Of a DNA stretch of 64,000 nt, positions 53,301 through 64,000 are shown in pieces. The notes under the pieces are model-generated. The model had not been told where the DNA came from. It was given only the letters and a program-made list of their open reading frames with translations, and made no database searches. The position numbers and the translations under genes are program-made. Source of the DNA: Podarcis bocagei (Eukaryota); assembly GCA_964188305.1 (NCBI GenBank), contig OZ076895.1. The stretch is one strand, 5' to 3'. How positions within the stretch are numbered: the first letter of the stretch is position 1; every line of letters starts with the position of its first letter.

Positions 53301-55530
53301 CCCCAGTGTTCTAGTGCTAATTTCCGTTGTGTTGTCTGCTGAAGGTGACTTCTCCTATGGTGTAAGGGTACATGAGTCTTCTGACCACTGAGCAATGAGA
53401 GGAGGAGTTTACAGGGGACATACATTCCTTCCAGTGCTGTAGCACCATCCTTTTGCCCATCAAGAAGGCACACAACATGCTATTATGTTGTCTGTCCATC
53501 GAAGTCCCTCAGCGTTGGAATATAACCGGTACAATGTGAGCATCCAAGAGGTTTAAGTTCCATCCTGCTGGTGAATTGCCTAGCCACGAGCTGATCAGCC
53601 CTGACTTACCTTCACGCAATCAGCTAAACATGGGTCACCGAGGGTCAAAACAGTAGGGATGGGGATGGGTCAATAGGAAATGGCCACAAGCCAGTGTGGT
53701 GAGGCCTGTGCAAGCCTCTTTATTTCAGTAGGTTTGTGAATGCATAACGCTGAGCTGGATTAGGACCAGCGTGTGTGCAATTTGCACACATGATGTTGGT
53801 GAAGCATGCTTGAGAGTCTAGCTAGTCCTTGAGTGTGAGAATCTCCCTTACTTTATACTGTGTTTTCCTTGCCAGTTGGGTTGGAACAAGAAGTGCCAAT
53901 ACCTAAATAAGCCTGCAAACAAAACCTCTGCTTATAGACATTTCTTATCCCCGTAAGCTCCAGAAATCCTGCAAAGAAAGCAGAATTCTTGGGAGATTTC
54001 TCAACTTGATATCAAGAGGTTTGGATAAGCTCTGCTTCTGTAGCTAAGCTTCCAGGGGGGCTCTTCTGTATGGGATCTTCAGATTTGATTTCCCCCCAGC
54101 CACTGGCTTGTATTGTCTTCCCAATGGGGTAAGGTGTTCTCTCTGAATACTACTACAGCACTGACTGCATATTTTCTCCTTCCCATCGCAAAAGAAGTAA
54201 ACTGTGTTATTTACAAAGGTGTGCTTGTGACAGTAAGACTTAATTCAATTTCATAATCATATGCTTCATTCTCTCAACATGGTCACCGGACTCTAGTCCT
54301 AAAGATACGGGCCTTGAGGAATATCCAGCTGTATCAGGGTAGGACTTTACCGGCTTGAAAAGTTGCTTTTATGTGATTAATTGGCTTGGCCTTTTGATGC
54401 AAATGGTGGAGGATGGCTGAACAATTCCAAAAAGAGCAAGGACTGGTCACCATCCCTATCATTTCTGTTAGTGCAGTTGAGGGACTTTGTTACAATATGT
54501 AGGAAATCATGCAGTTAGCTTTCTTTGGGAGCTGAATAGGCCTCAGCGATGAGGATATAATGGAAAGATGTGCTGTTTATTAGAAGAAAAGCTTTTTCCC
54601 ACTTGTAACTGACCTGCCGTGTATACCTCTATTTAGATTCAAAAGAAAAGTCTCAGCAGCACACTATGTTCAAAATAAATTTCCTTCTCTCAACATCATT
54701 TGGATGACTTCATCTGCAAACATCCAACAAGGAACCTGTAATTCTTGGTTTATGTCCTTTATCTGGTATAGTTCTTCCTCAGTATCAGCACAGTTGATCA
54801 GTTTCGGTGGGAGGTCTCAAAGGCAAGTGGCTGAAATCCAGTTAGGATTTTGCAAGTGAATTTAACAACTTGTTTGAGTAAGAAAAATCATTTTGTTGTC
54901 TGGATCCGTCAGTACTATGACGGTGGCAGGGGGCATTCTGGTTTCAAAGCCAACATATTGACTTTGGGGGTTAATATTTCAGACACTTGAGGAATTTTTT
55001 TTTTTTTAAGTATCAATATTTGGATTTGTTTCTCTTGTTTTTAAATACTGTGGAATGGTTCAGGTTAAGTAATGCCATAACTGCACCCCAAATCCAGATG
55101 GTGTTGAAATGACTATATATATATATATATTCACAACATTTTATTTTTCTGAGTTGTTTAGATATTTTTAAATATCTGAAAGTTTTGTTTATCTGTTGGG
55201 TATAAATAACTTAACAATATTTCACATGGCATTTGTATTGAAAAGCTCCAGTTGACCTGTGGATTGCATTCCAAAGCGTTAATAGCATAGAATGTATTTA
55301 AAAGAACTCGTTGGATGATTTACAAAATGGAGTTTACACTGCAGTATGTATGAGTAAATAGTGATGGAACTGTCCAATGGAAAATGCACAGACTGGGTGT
55401 TTCCACGCTGTGTTTTCAGTTTCTCAGGCCAGGAGCATCCCTTTTACCGCCATCCGTTCGCACAATTTTAGTGGTTAATGTGAAAGTTACAACTTAACTT
55501 TTTATCATTTCCAAACGCATGGAAAGTATA

Positions 55531-55567
55531 GTGTGTGTGTGTGTGTGTGTGTGTGTGTCTGTGTGTG
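55531..55567. repeat. (GT)n microsatellite
   Basis: Seen directly. Confidence 0.95.
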
Positions 55568-57042
55568 CGCACACACACAGTAGAATTTATTTATTTGTTT
55601 GTTTTAAATTGGTTTGCCTTTGGTTCCGTTTACATGGCATGTGCAGCGGAATGAGGTAAAATGCTTGCAACTCCATCTGTGCAGTTTCCTCTTCCATTTC
55701 ATCATGCAAACCGTCTAATGTGATGAAGAGAATGTTCCAAATAGAAGAGATTGGTGGAGAACAGAGAGGTACCCTTCCAGGCTGAGAGTCCCAAATGTTG
55801 GGTATGAACCTGCCTTTGACCCAAATGAGGTGGCTGCTCTTGGGTGTTGTGAGGAAATCAGCACAACTGAATGTAGAGCAGTGATGATGTTCCACGGATA
55901 TCGCCTATTAGTAATACGTTTGGGAATCCCTGGCACAGGAGACTGGGTGCCTTTCGTTGAGATGAACACATAGCATTTTCTTCCTTCATCTCCTGCTGTT
56001 TGCTGAGCTTTTGAAATTAAGTTAAGGCTGCCAGCCATCAACCTTGAGGTGATGCCTTTCCTTTTAAAATGACAAGGCACCATGAACAGATGCTGCAGCT
56101 AAGCTTCTGCCCCTTTCCTCCACCCATCACTCCAGCCTCCCTCCTCTCCTGGTTGCAGTACAGCCAAATTTAAGACTTACATTTTAAGTCATGCTTGGTG
56201 CAGGTAGTGGTGGAGGGGGAGGGTGGGGGCAAAGGGACTCACAGAAGAATGGTCTTGGTGCCACAATGGCTGCCTATTTTTTTCACTTCCTTGGAGCTTT
56301 GAAAGTGGTAGGTGTGGTCTCCGGGTTGATGGGCAACACTCCTAAATTCAATGCCTGAGCCAAATGAGATGGGGTGGACGGGGCCTGGGGTGGTTTTGGT
56401 TTAAACTTTTCTCTCTTGGTTGGGTTCTCTGGACTCCTAGTTAGTTCAGGGCATGACATTCTTTGTGGGCAGGAGCTGAGGTAGGGAGGGTTGAGAGTCA
56501 GGGAAAGGGTTTACTAGCTTAGTGTCCAATCACAGCTTTGTTACCAAATGGCCATGTTGGCCCAGATTATTTTCAAAATGGCCGCTGGTGCTATTTCAGC
56601 ATATATCAAGGGAACACTGCTATGGATCCTAGTTGGGGGTGGGGCAGGAGGACAAAGCATTCTGAATGCAAGCTTGACGACACAAAGGCATCCAGTGTGG
56701 GGTTCAGGCAGAGACTTGGAAATGCAATTTCCTCACACAACTAAAATGGGGGAAGGAGACATCATTATTACTTTCCCAGCGTAGCGCCTTCCCAAGGGAA
56801 AGCGCCGTCGAACTCAGGCTTGCCTCGTCTCTCTGAGGCCCAAATCCCACTACCCCCACCAATCACTACTCTTCTTTCTCCCAATCCTCCTATCCCCAAC
56901 ACCTCCCCCTCTCCAATTCTTTTTTCTGTAAATAGCTATTTCTGATTTCGGACAAGCAGGGATCGATAGATTCTGGAGGGGGGAGGACAATTGTTTTACT
57001 TTTTCCCTTTCTCTTAATGATTTTTGGTGTTTGAACTTGAAA

Positions 57043-57183
57043 NNNNNNNNNNNNNNNNNNNNNNNNNNNNNNNNNNNNNNNNNNNNNNNNNNNNNNNNNN
57101 NNNNNNNNNNNNNNNNNNNNNNNNNNNNNNNNNNNNNNNNNNNNNNNNNNNNNNNNNNNNNNNNNNNNNNNNNNNNNNNNNNN
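57043..57183. other. Run of 141 N
   Basis: Seen directly. Confidence 0.99.
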
Positions 57184-57469
57184 AAAAGAAAGTCGTTGAT
57201 TTCCCCCCATTGATTTATCTTGTTTCTCACTGGGAGTTGTTTTGGGAGCAGATGGTTTTTTGGGGGGTGGGTGGGTGAAATGTATAGATTTTCAGTACAG
57301 CATTGCTCAAACAATGCAGGGGAAAAAACTTTAAAAGAAAGGGGGGAAGGAACAACAACAACAAAAATAAAACAAAATGAGAAAACTTTGTGATGTACAG
57401 AATCTGTAAATAGTCAAAGATTCTTTCTCTTTTCTAACAGCAAATTATTTCTGTCACTTTATATTCAAA

Positions 57470-57475
57470 AATAAA
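57470..57475 (+). terminator. Candidate distal polyadenylation signal AATAAA
   Basis: Upstream TGTA elements (57281, 57394, 57405), a second AATAAA at 57366-57371, and downstream TCTTTTCTT and GTGTGTTGTTTGG (~57539-57582). Confidence 0.55.
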
Positions 57476-58982
57476 GAAACCTACCACAAAATATCAGGGT
57501 AAAAAAAAACAAAAAACCACAAAGCCCAAGAATCAGAGTCTTTTCTTGCATGTGGTGATGAGTGCCAAAGTGTGTTGTTTGGTAGAAATGATTTAAAAGC
57601 CTGAAGCACCGGAAGTTGTGTGAGAGGATGGATATTGTGTGTGACTCAAAACATGATAACCTGAATCTTTAAATTGTTCTATAAATGTTTGTAGGGATAT
57701 GGAAAGCCATCTCTCTCGCCTCCCCTTTCAAAATATGGAGGAAGCTACGGGAAGCTATCTGTCATGGTTCTGAAATTAATGTTGCGGTGTGTGTAGTTGG
57801 AAAGAGGCTATTTAAATATATTTCACATTGTCTCCCTCTTCAGCTTTTCACAGATTGATGAGGGAAAAGATCAGCAAGTTCAGACTCCATTCACCAAGGC
57901 AGAATTCCCCACAATCCCCTCCCTTCCCCTGAAGATCTCTATAATCCAGTGCCCAGTTTCTGCGGGACCTGCTTCAGGCAGCAATCTGATGGCCAGAAGT
58001 GTGTATTGCAACACAGACGGAATGCAGTGTCTCTCAGCAGGGGTGCCTCTGTTACAGACACTGCACATGCCCTCAGGCGTAGCTGGAGCATTGCTTCCAA
58101 AATCCAAAGAGCAACTCAACATGAACATCTAAATACATAAATATCAATTAAATAGAAACCTGAATAATTAAGCACATGGCATCTACACCTTGAAAGCCCC
58201 ACCCTTTCTTAGGAGTGTTGCTGTCGGCCAACTTTTCATTATACCCTGATTAAAATTGGGTAGGGCTTCCTCCTGAGGCCAGATTCTAGCCTACAGTTCT
58301 CCAACTGCCTATTCTCTGATCTAGATCACAGTAGAGGGGCTGTTAGCCTATTGCATTTAGCAAGTGTACTATTTGTGTGCACAAATAGTTGAGCTGTAAA
58401 CCCATACTGCTATTCACAGGTAACGTTCACTGAGTGTGCAGTTTGTTAACCTGTGTAAACAAATAGCTGAGCTGTGCAAATCAACAGGTGTACACTCTGT
58501 CACACAAACACTTGCCCAGATTGCACCTCTGTTTGGTGTAATGTGTGAATTAGTCTTATGCCACAATGAACAAAAACCAGGAAGAAATGCTTCCTGATTA
58601 TTAAAGGAAGAACAAACAAACAAACAAACAAACAAACACCCTCTATTCTTAACAAATTAAAAGAGGAGACGAAAGAAAATGACACACTCCTTCCCCCAGA
58701 AGATTATTTTTAAATACAAAAAAATTATAACACAGATCTTATAGGACCATGTCTGTAAAACTAAGCATTGGAAAGATGTGTCCTCTATTTCAACTTTTTG
58801 CTGAAATAGCCACATTTCTATCACTCACATAAAATACCTGTTGGCTATGCTAGTCTGCCACAGGTTCAAGGGGGAGGAAGAATCCCAATCACACAAAAAG
58901 CTTTCACGTTTGAAAAGGCCATACACGCCCATTCTCATTTTGTGGCACCCTCTTTTTCAGTGTTTGAAATGGGGAATGAAAG

Positions 58983-59008
58983 GTGTGTGTGTGTGTGTGT
59001 GTGTGTGT
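58983..59008. repeat. (GT)n microsatellite
   Basis: Seen directly. Confidence 0.95.
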
Positions 59009-59799
59009 AAGAATGATTTGAATGAGTTTAAAGATATGTGTGTCTAGAGAATGAGGATTATGTGTGTAGGCTGGTTGCTCCGGGTAAGTGAATGTTGGAT
59101 GTGAGAATGAGTAGAGAAAAACTACTGTCTGCAGTTATTATTTAAACTGATATTCTATAAACAAGAGTAGGTACTTTTTTTTTTTAAGTCAGGTCGATGA
59201 GGCAGGTGGATAACCATCACTACCCTCACCTGCCAACTTAGTTGCCATTTTGAAGTAGAGATTGGCTTTTGCAACCATGGGCACATCTTTCGTTTGCCTT
59301 CACTATGAATGATGCCTTCAAAGCATCACAGAATTGTCCATGTTTTCCTAAACAAGCTGAACCAACCATTTCTCTGGGGTTGCTGTGTGTTTCCCAAATA
59401 CTTAGGAAATGGAGGTCGGAGGCTGATCACCATTTCCCCACGAATCAATGAACCATGTCTGAAGAGGATTTTCTCAGGCTCCCTCCCCAATTCCCTGGAT
59501 TTGAATGTATGGTACAGTTTTCATCATTACTTGGCAGGATTATTCAGCTGAGAAACTTGCTATGTGGTCACATGTATGCTGGGGGGAAGGGTCCCAGTAG
59601 GCCCACACAAATTTAATGCATGGGGGGCAAACATTGCAACCATGCCTTCTGCCACCCATTATTCCAAAGGGAACAAATCACTGTTGGTGTGGTTGACTGG
59701 CATAAGAAAGGGCACTATGTGTGCTCTCATGTCCATGCATAATGCTCTACCACTGAGATGGTACCTGGCCCAATCAATACTTGCATGGATCTTGATATG

Positions 59800-60062
59800 G
59801 GTACATCTGTACATGCATATAAAAATGAATACATGAGTGAAAATAGCATACAAAATGCATTATATTGGGGAAAATTGCCAAAATGTGTACAGAAGTCAAA
59901 ACTGCATATGAAAATGTGTTTATTAGGATTAATTCACACTGAAATGCTGGTGAATTATCAAGAGGATATTATTCACAAGTTGCTGGAGAAATGTAGAGAA
60001 CTGAATTTAAGACTGGAAAAGGGAGAAACGGAGAGAATAAAAATGGACAGTTCCTCCCATTC
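59800..60062. mobile_element. AT-rich interspersed repeat (reverse-oriented relative at ~17250-17420)
   Basis: Repeated AAAATGCA/AAAATGTGT units; family not assigned. Confidence 0.45.
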
Positions 60063-60447
60063 TGATCTGTATAGCAGGATTCTCAATTGCTATTGATTAC
60101 TCAGAGCAGCAGCTGCAGCAAATTTCTTTAAGGGTGCATTCACACATCACTTCTTTGTCCTGGATACTCTTAAACTGGTTCTGTGTGTCAATCCCTAGAT
60201 TTCAAGTAGGTCCAATAAATCACAAGGTCCAAAGTCTCCACCCTTTGGATGGGGAGAATACTAGAAATTAAATCACAGTTGTAACATTTGCCCAGCAGTT
60301 GCCCTCCATGAATGTCATCATATGTTGTCCTGTGATGTCTCTCCTGAGAGTTCTTCTGGGCTTGTGGCTGCTTCTTGGTTTTTCTTGTTTGCTTCTTAGT
60401 TCTGCTTATACTCTGTGAGGTGACATGATTAGAAATCCTCATACTTA

Positions 60448-61021
60448 CTGTATTTTTCGCTCTATGGGATGCACTTTTTCCCCTCCAAAAATTAAGGGGA
60501 AATGTGTGCGCATCCTATAGAGCGAATGCAGGCTGCGCAGCTAAGCCCAAAGCCAGAACAGGGAGATGGAGCGCTGCGCAGCGCTCCGTCTCGCTGTTCT
60601 AGCTTGGGGATGGCTGCGCAAAGCCTCCACAGGGCAGCGGGGTGGAGGCACCCCACTGCTCTGCAGAGGCTTCAAAGGCTGCGCTCCGGGAGCTTCAGGC
60701 AGCTGTCCGCAAGCCTTCGGCGCGCAGCAGCAGTTCCGGCTGTGCTCCAAAGGCTTGCGGATAGCCGCCTGAAGCCTGGAGAGCAAGAGGGGTCGGTGCA
60801 CACTGATCCCTCTTGCTCTCCAGGCTTCACTTTGCTGGAGAGGCGATGCACAGTTTTCCCTCTCTGCGCAGCGCCCCTTCAGCAAAGCGGGAGGAGAAAT
60901 GGAAGGGGCTCTGTTTCTCCTACTGCTTCACTGAAGGGGCGCTGAGCAGTGAGGGGGATATTCCCCCCCCCCGTTCTCCCCCTCCTATGGTCCGGTGCGT
61001 CCTATAGAGCGAAAAATACGG
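60448..61021. mobile_element. Tc1/mariner-superfamily (Tc2/pogo-like) MITE, CpG-rich, with several internal hairpins
   Basis: ~27-bp TIRs CTGTATTTTTCGCTCTATGGGATGCAC / GTGCGTCCTATAGAGCGAAAAATACGG flanked by TA. Confidence 0.92.
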
Positions 61022-61569
61022 TACTTCCTGCAGGCAGCCAGGTGCAGCCCATATTGCAAGCACGGGATGAACTGAAAACCCCTTCTCCAAGACATCCACA
61101 GATGTTACACCCAGAGAGGTAGGAGCAAACATTGCATAGGGGCAAATATTCCGATATGCTCTGTCCAGGGCTATAGATTCCCAAAAGAGAGCAAAATTAT
61201 AAAAAAGCAGGATTCTTTATATATTACACTTATTACACAACTGTGCATGTTTCCTACTTTCCCATAATTTATGCAGCGCCTGCCAATCATTGGAAGGCGG
61301 CAAAGTGTAGCATGTGCCTTGCCTGATCCTCTCTTGAAACCTTGTTCAGACTTCCCTGCTATGCTTCTGAGATTTCAGTAGGCACTTCCCACACTTTTTC
61401 CAGCCTTGAGGGCTAGAAAGTTTTGCTTTGTTTTTTTAAGAAAGGAAGAGAAAGGAAGCCAAGGTTCTTATACAATGCACCCATTATCAAACTTTGCACT
61501 TCCACTGTGTGTGACGGCAGAAATGTGGAACATCTGGCATATACATTGTTGTGGGATTGTGTTTCCTTC

Positions 61570-61704
61570 CACTGCTGTTTTTCTAGAAAAAGAGGTGCCA
61601 GAATTCTGCATGAACGCCTCCCTTGTTCTCTTAGAATGGCAATAGTGCCCACCTGAGAGGTGCTGGAACTGAGTTCTGGTGAGTTCTGGCTGAAAAAAGC
61701 CCTG
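61570..61704. mobile_element. hAT MITE, same family as 26951-27087
   Basis: Shares TTTTTCTAGAAAAAGAGGTGCCAGAA...TCTCTTAGAATGGCAAT...AAGCCCTG. Confidence 0.88.
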
Positions 61705-62642
61705 TGTCCCGCAAAGAAAGGCAAAAGGAACCAAAACTAAAACCAAATGAGCTATCTAGAGATATATCCACAAGAAGGAACATTAATCTCAAAGCACAAA
61801 CGGGAAGGGAGAGGGAAAGAACCACACCACCCTTAAAGACATTGTGAGGGGTGTTTGTTGCTGTTTTGCATCCATTCACTTTGTGCATCACACCACTTGC
61901 ACTGATTCTGGGGTTCCCCGGTCTGCTACATATCAGCACAGACAATGGAGAGGTACTGTGTACAGTGCAAGAATTGAACTAGTACATCAGAGCCCTGGTT
62001 TGGGAGCATGGGAGGCAGGTGGCACATTCTTAGTGTCTGGCTGGAGGGGAGGTGCAGAGATTGGGCCTCAACACAGATACCCAGCTTCATCCAGGGCATC
62101 TTGATAAAAGAAAGCCCCTCCCACCCCATCCCACAACCATCCATAGTAAATAGAACAGCCTCACAAGGAATTGCATTTCAGGGAACAGCAGTGAGCAGCA
62201 TTTCATCTGCAAACGTACTATGCCACTTTCCGAGAAGGAGAAAGAAAAGGAAATGGGATGTGTTTGCAGAACAACGAAGAATGATTCTCTACACTGACAT
62301 AAGTGGATAAGGTACTGTTGATTACCTGACTGTTGATGACAGAGCTCAATTGCAAACATCTGTGCAGGACTCAAAAGGAAGCTGAAGAAGGAAGTGCAGG
62401 TAAGTTTCACTCTCTGGTTCCCTATCTTATGTGAAGTCACTGCTAGATGGAATGTATTACAACTATGATAGTGGGGCTTGGTGGGGGGAGGGGATGCCAG
62501 TTCAGTAAATGCTCAGCTAAGATGCTGTCAGAGAGCCTGTTATATTATGGCACTAGCAGAATTTGGTGGCAGATTTGCTGTTCTCCTCAGGACAGAACCA
62601 GACTAGAATGATCAGGGAACTTATCAGAACCCAGTACCATCC

Positions 62643-62785
62643 GGCTTCAATTTCTGGCATCTCCTGGGAGGGCCTGAAAGACTCCTGCTTGAAAACCTAG
62701 AGAGCCCTTGCCAATCATTATAGACAATGCTGTGCTAGATGAGCCAATTCTCTGATGCAGAGACAGTCTAAGGCCTCTTCCTAAG
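62643..62785 (+). mobile_element. Squam3-like SINE, decayed
   Basis: Body homologous to 15170-15348. Confidence 0.65.
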
Positions 62786-63065
62786 CAGTGGCCTCCTATC
62801 GCTGTGCCAAAGCCTGCAGAAATGCATTCAGAATGGCTATAATACAGTTGGGTGCAGGGAGCTTTCCACTGCACATTTATTTTGGTTATGGATGCAAGGA
62901 GCATCTTTTATGCATTTAAAGTTCTCCCCCTTGCCCCCTACGTCTCTGAATCAGTAACAGATTGCCAGACCGAAACAGAGTCCATGGTGAACAGGGGAAC
63001 ACACACAAATACATCACCCCCCTTATTTATTTTAAAGAAAGGAGTTAAGGAGGAATACTGATAAC

Positions 63066-63368
63066 TGAACTGTAGAGTTGGAAGGGACCCCAGGAGTCAG
63101 CTAGCCCAACCTACAATGCAGGAATCTCAGTTTAAAGAATCACTGACAGATGGCCATCCAATCTCTGCTTAAAAACCTCTAGTGAAGGAGAGTTTGAGAC
63201 AGTTTGTTTCACTGCCAAACATCTCTTACCCTCAGACAGGTCTTCCTGATGTTTAGTCGGAATCTTCTTTCTTGTCATTTGTATCCATTGGTTTGGGTCC
63301 TACAGTCTGGAGCAACCAAAAACAAGCTTGCTCCATCTTCCATGTGACAGACCTTCAGCTATTTGATG
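63066..63368 (-). mobile_element. CR1 LINE 3' fragment
   Basis: GAACTGTAGAGTTGGAAGGGACCCC...CTCTGCTTAAAAACCTC...TTCCTGATGTTTAGTCGGAAT, colinear with 28728-28941. Confidence 0.85.
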
Positions 63369-63479
63369 GAGAGTTGGCTAAACAGCCAGGATGAGGGGAC
63401 ATTTATGGAAACATAAAAAGGAATCTTTCTGAGTGCTGGTTGGAAGAACCTATGGAGAAGGTCCATCGGTCCATATGAG

Positions 63480-63645
63480 AGCGCATGAGTTGTCTGCAAA
63501 TGGGCTGAGGTTCAGTTCCTGTCTTCTCTGGGTAGGGCTGGGAAAGATCCCTGCCTGAATTTCTGGAGAGCTTCAGCCAGTCAGTGTATGCAGCCAGTAC
63601 TGAGCTGGATGCATCCATGGTCTGACTCAGCACAAGCCAGTTCCC
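63480..63645 (+). mobile_element. Squam3-like SINE
   Basis: GGTAGGGCTGGGAAAGATCCCTGCCTGAA...TACTGAGCTGGATG..TGGTCTGACTCAG. Confidence 0.7.
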
Positions 63646-64000
63646 ACTGCTCCTGGTGCCTCTTTAACAAGGTACATGTTTTTATGCAAAGAATCTGGAA
63701 AGGAGCAGGCTAATCAGGGATGAACTGTGACAGGACACATGAAAGAAGTGCTGCTGCTCCTCATATTTCCACCGACACATCGCACTGCAGGCAACGGCAT
63801 TCACTTTCTCACTTGCTTTCAAGGCCATTTTCCTGGCTCAGCTCCAGCAAGTATAATTAAAGCCAAGTTATCTCAAAATGCTACCTGCATGTCAAAGTGT
63901 GTAGGGCTGGTTTTGTTTAACCTTTCCACAACTCCAGCACCAAACCTACAAATCAGATTTTCAACTGTTCCAGCTTTTGGTGCTGTAACTCATGTTAATT

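Larger units (their letters stand above)
31854..57495 (+). other. GRIN2B: Putative very long GRIN2B 3'UTR (~25.6 kb) with several candidate internal poly(A) sites
   Basis: Few recognisable transposons compared with introns and the region beyond ~59.5 kb. AU/UGUA-rich blocks and a terminal AATAAA with GU-rich downstream sequence. Mammalian GRIN2B is known for very long 3'UTRs. The end point is inferred. Confidence 0.6.

Noticed and set aside
60502-60945. 147-aa and 114-aa ORFs
   Set aside because: By-products of the GC-rich, stop-poor MITE interior; no transposase motifs.

Overview
Vertebrate genomic DNA from a squamate reptile (the repeat families suggest a lacertid lizard; this is an inference). 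The + strand carries the 3' half of GRIN2B (NMDA receptor subunit GluN2B): six coding exons at 848-973, 4841-5070, 24070-24230, 26460-26647, 27173-27411 and 29955-31853. They encode pre-M1/M1 through the ESDV C-terminus, have canonical GT-AG junctions and compatible phases, and include a 156-N gap in the last exon. Downstream lies about 25.6 kb of relatively repeat-poor sequence with neuronal 3'UTR hallmarks, ending at a likely distal poly(A) signal (57470-57475), followed by repeat-rich intergenic DNA. Introns and flanks hold hAT and Tc1/mariner MITEs, CR1/L2 fragments, tRNA-derived SINEs and microsatellites. No second protein-coding gene is supported. Best leads: (1) a frame-preserving 27-nt neural-type microexon candidate (10433-10459, LKVERLKTL) in the 19-kb intron; (2) a ~167-nt rod-like hairpin and adjoining structured Pumilio-site block in the 3'UTR (36994-37620); (3) a clustered set of substitutions in the S2 ligand-binding exon; (4) a recursive-type 5' splice site at the start of the M4 exon; (5) a candidate alternative last exon. 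All regulatory and splicing claims are predictions from sequence alone. Comparisons with human and Xenopus GluN2B are from memory and need an alignment.
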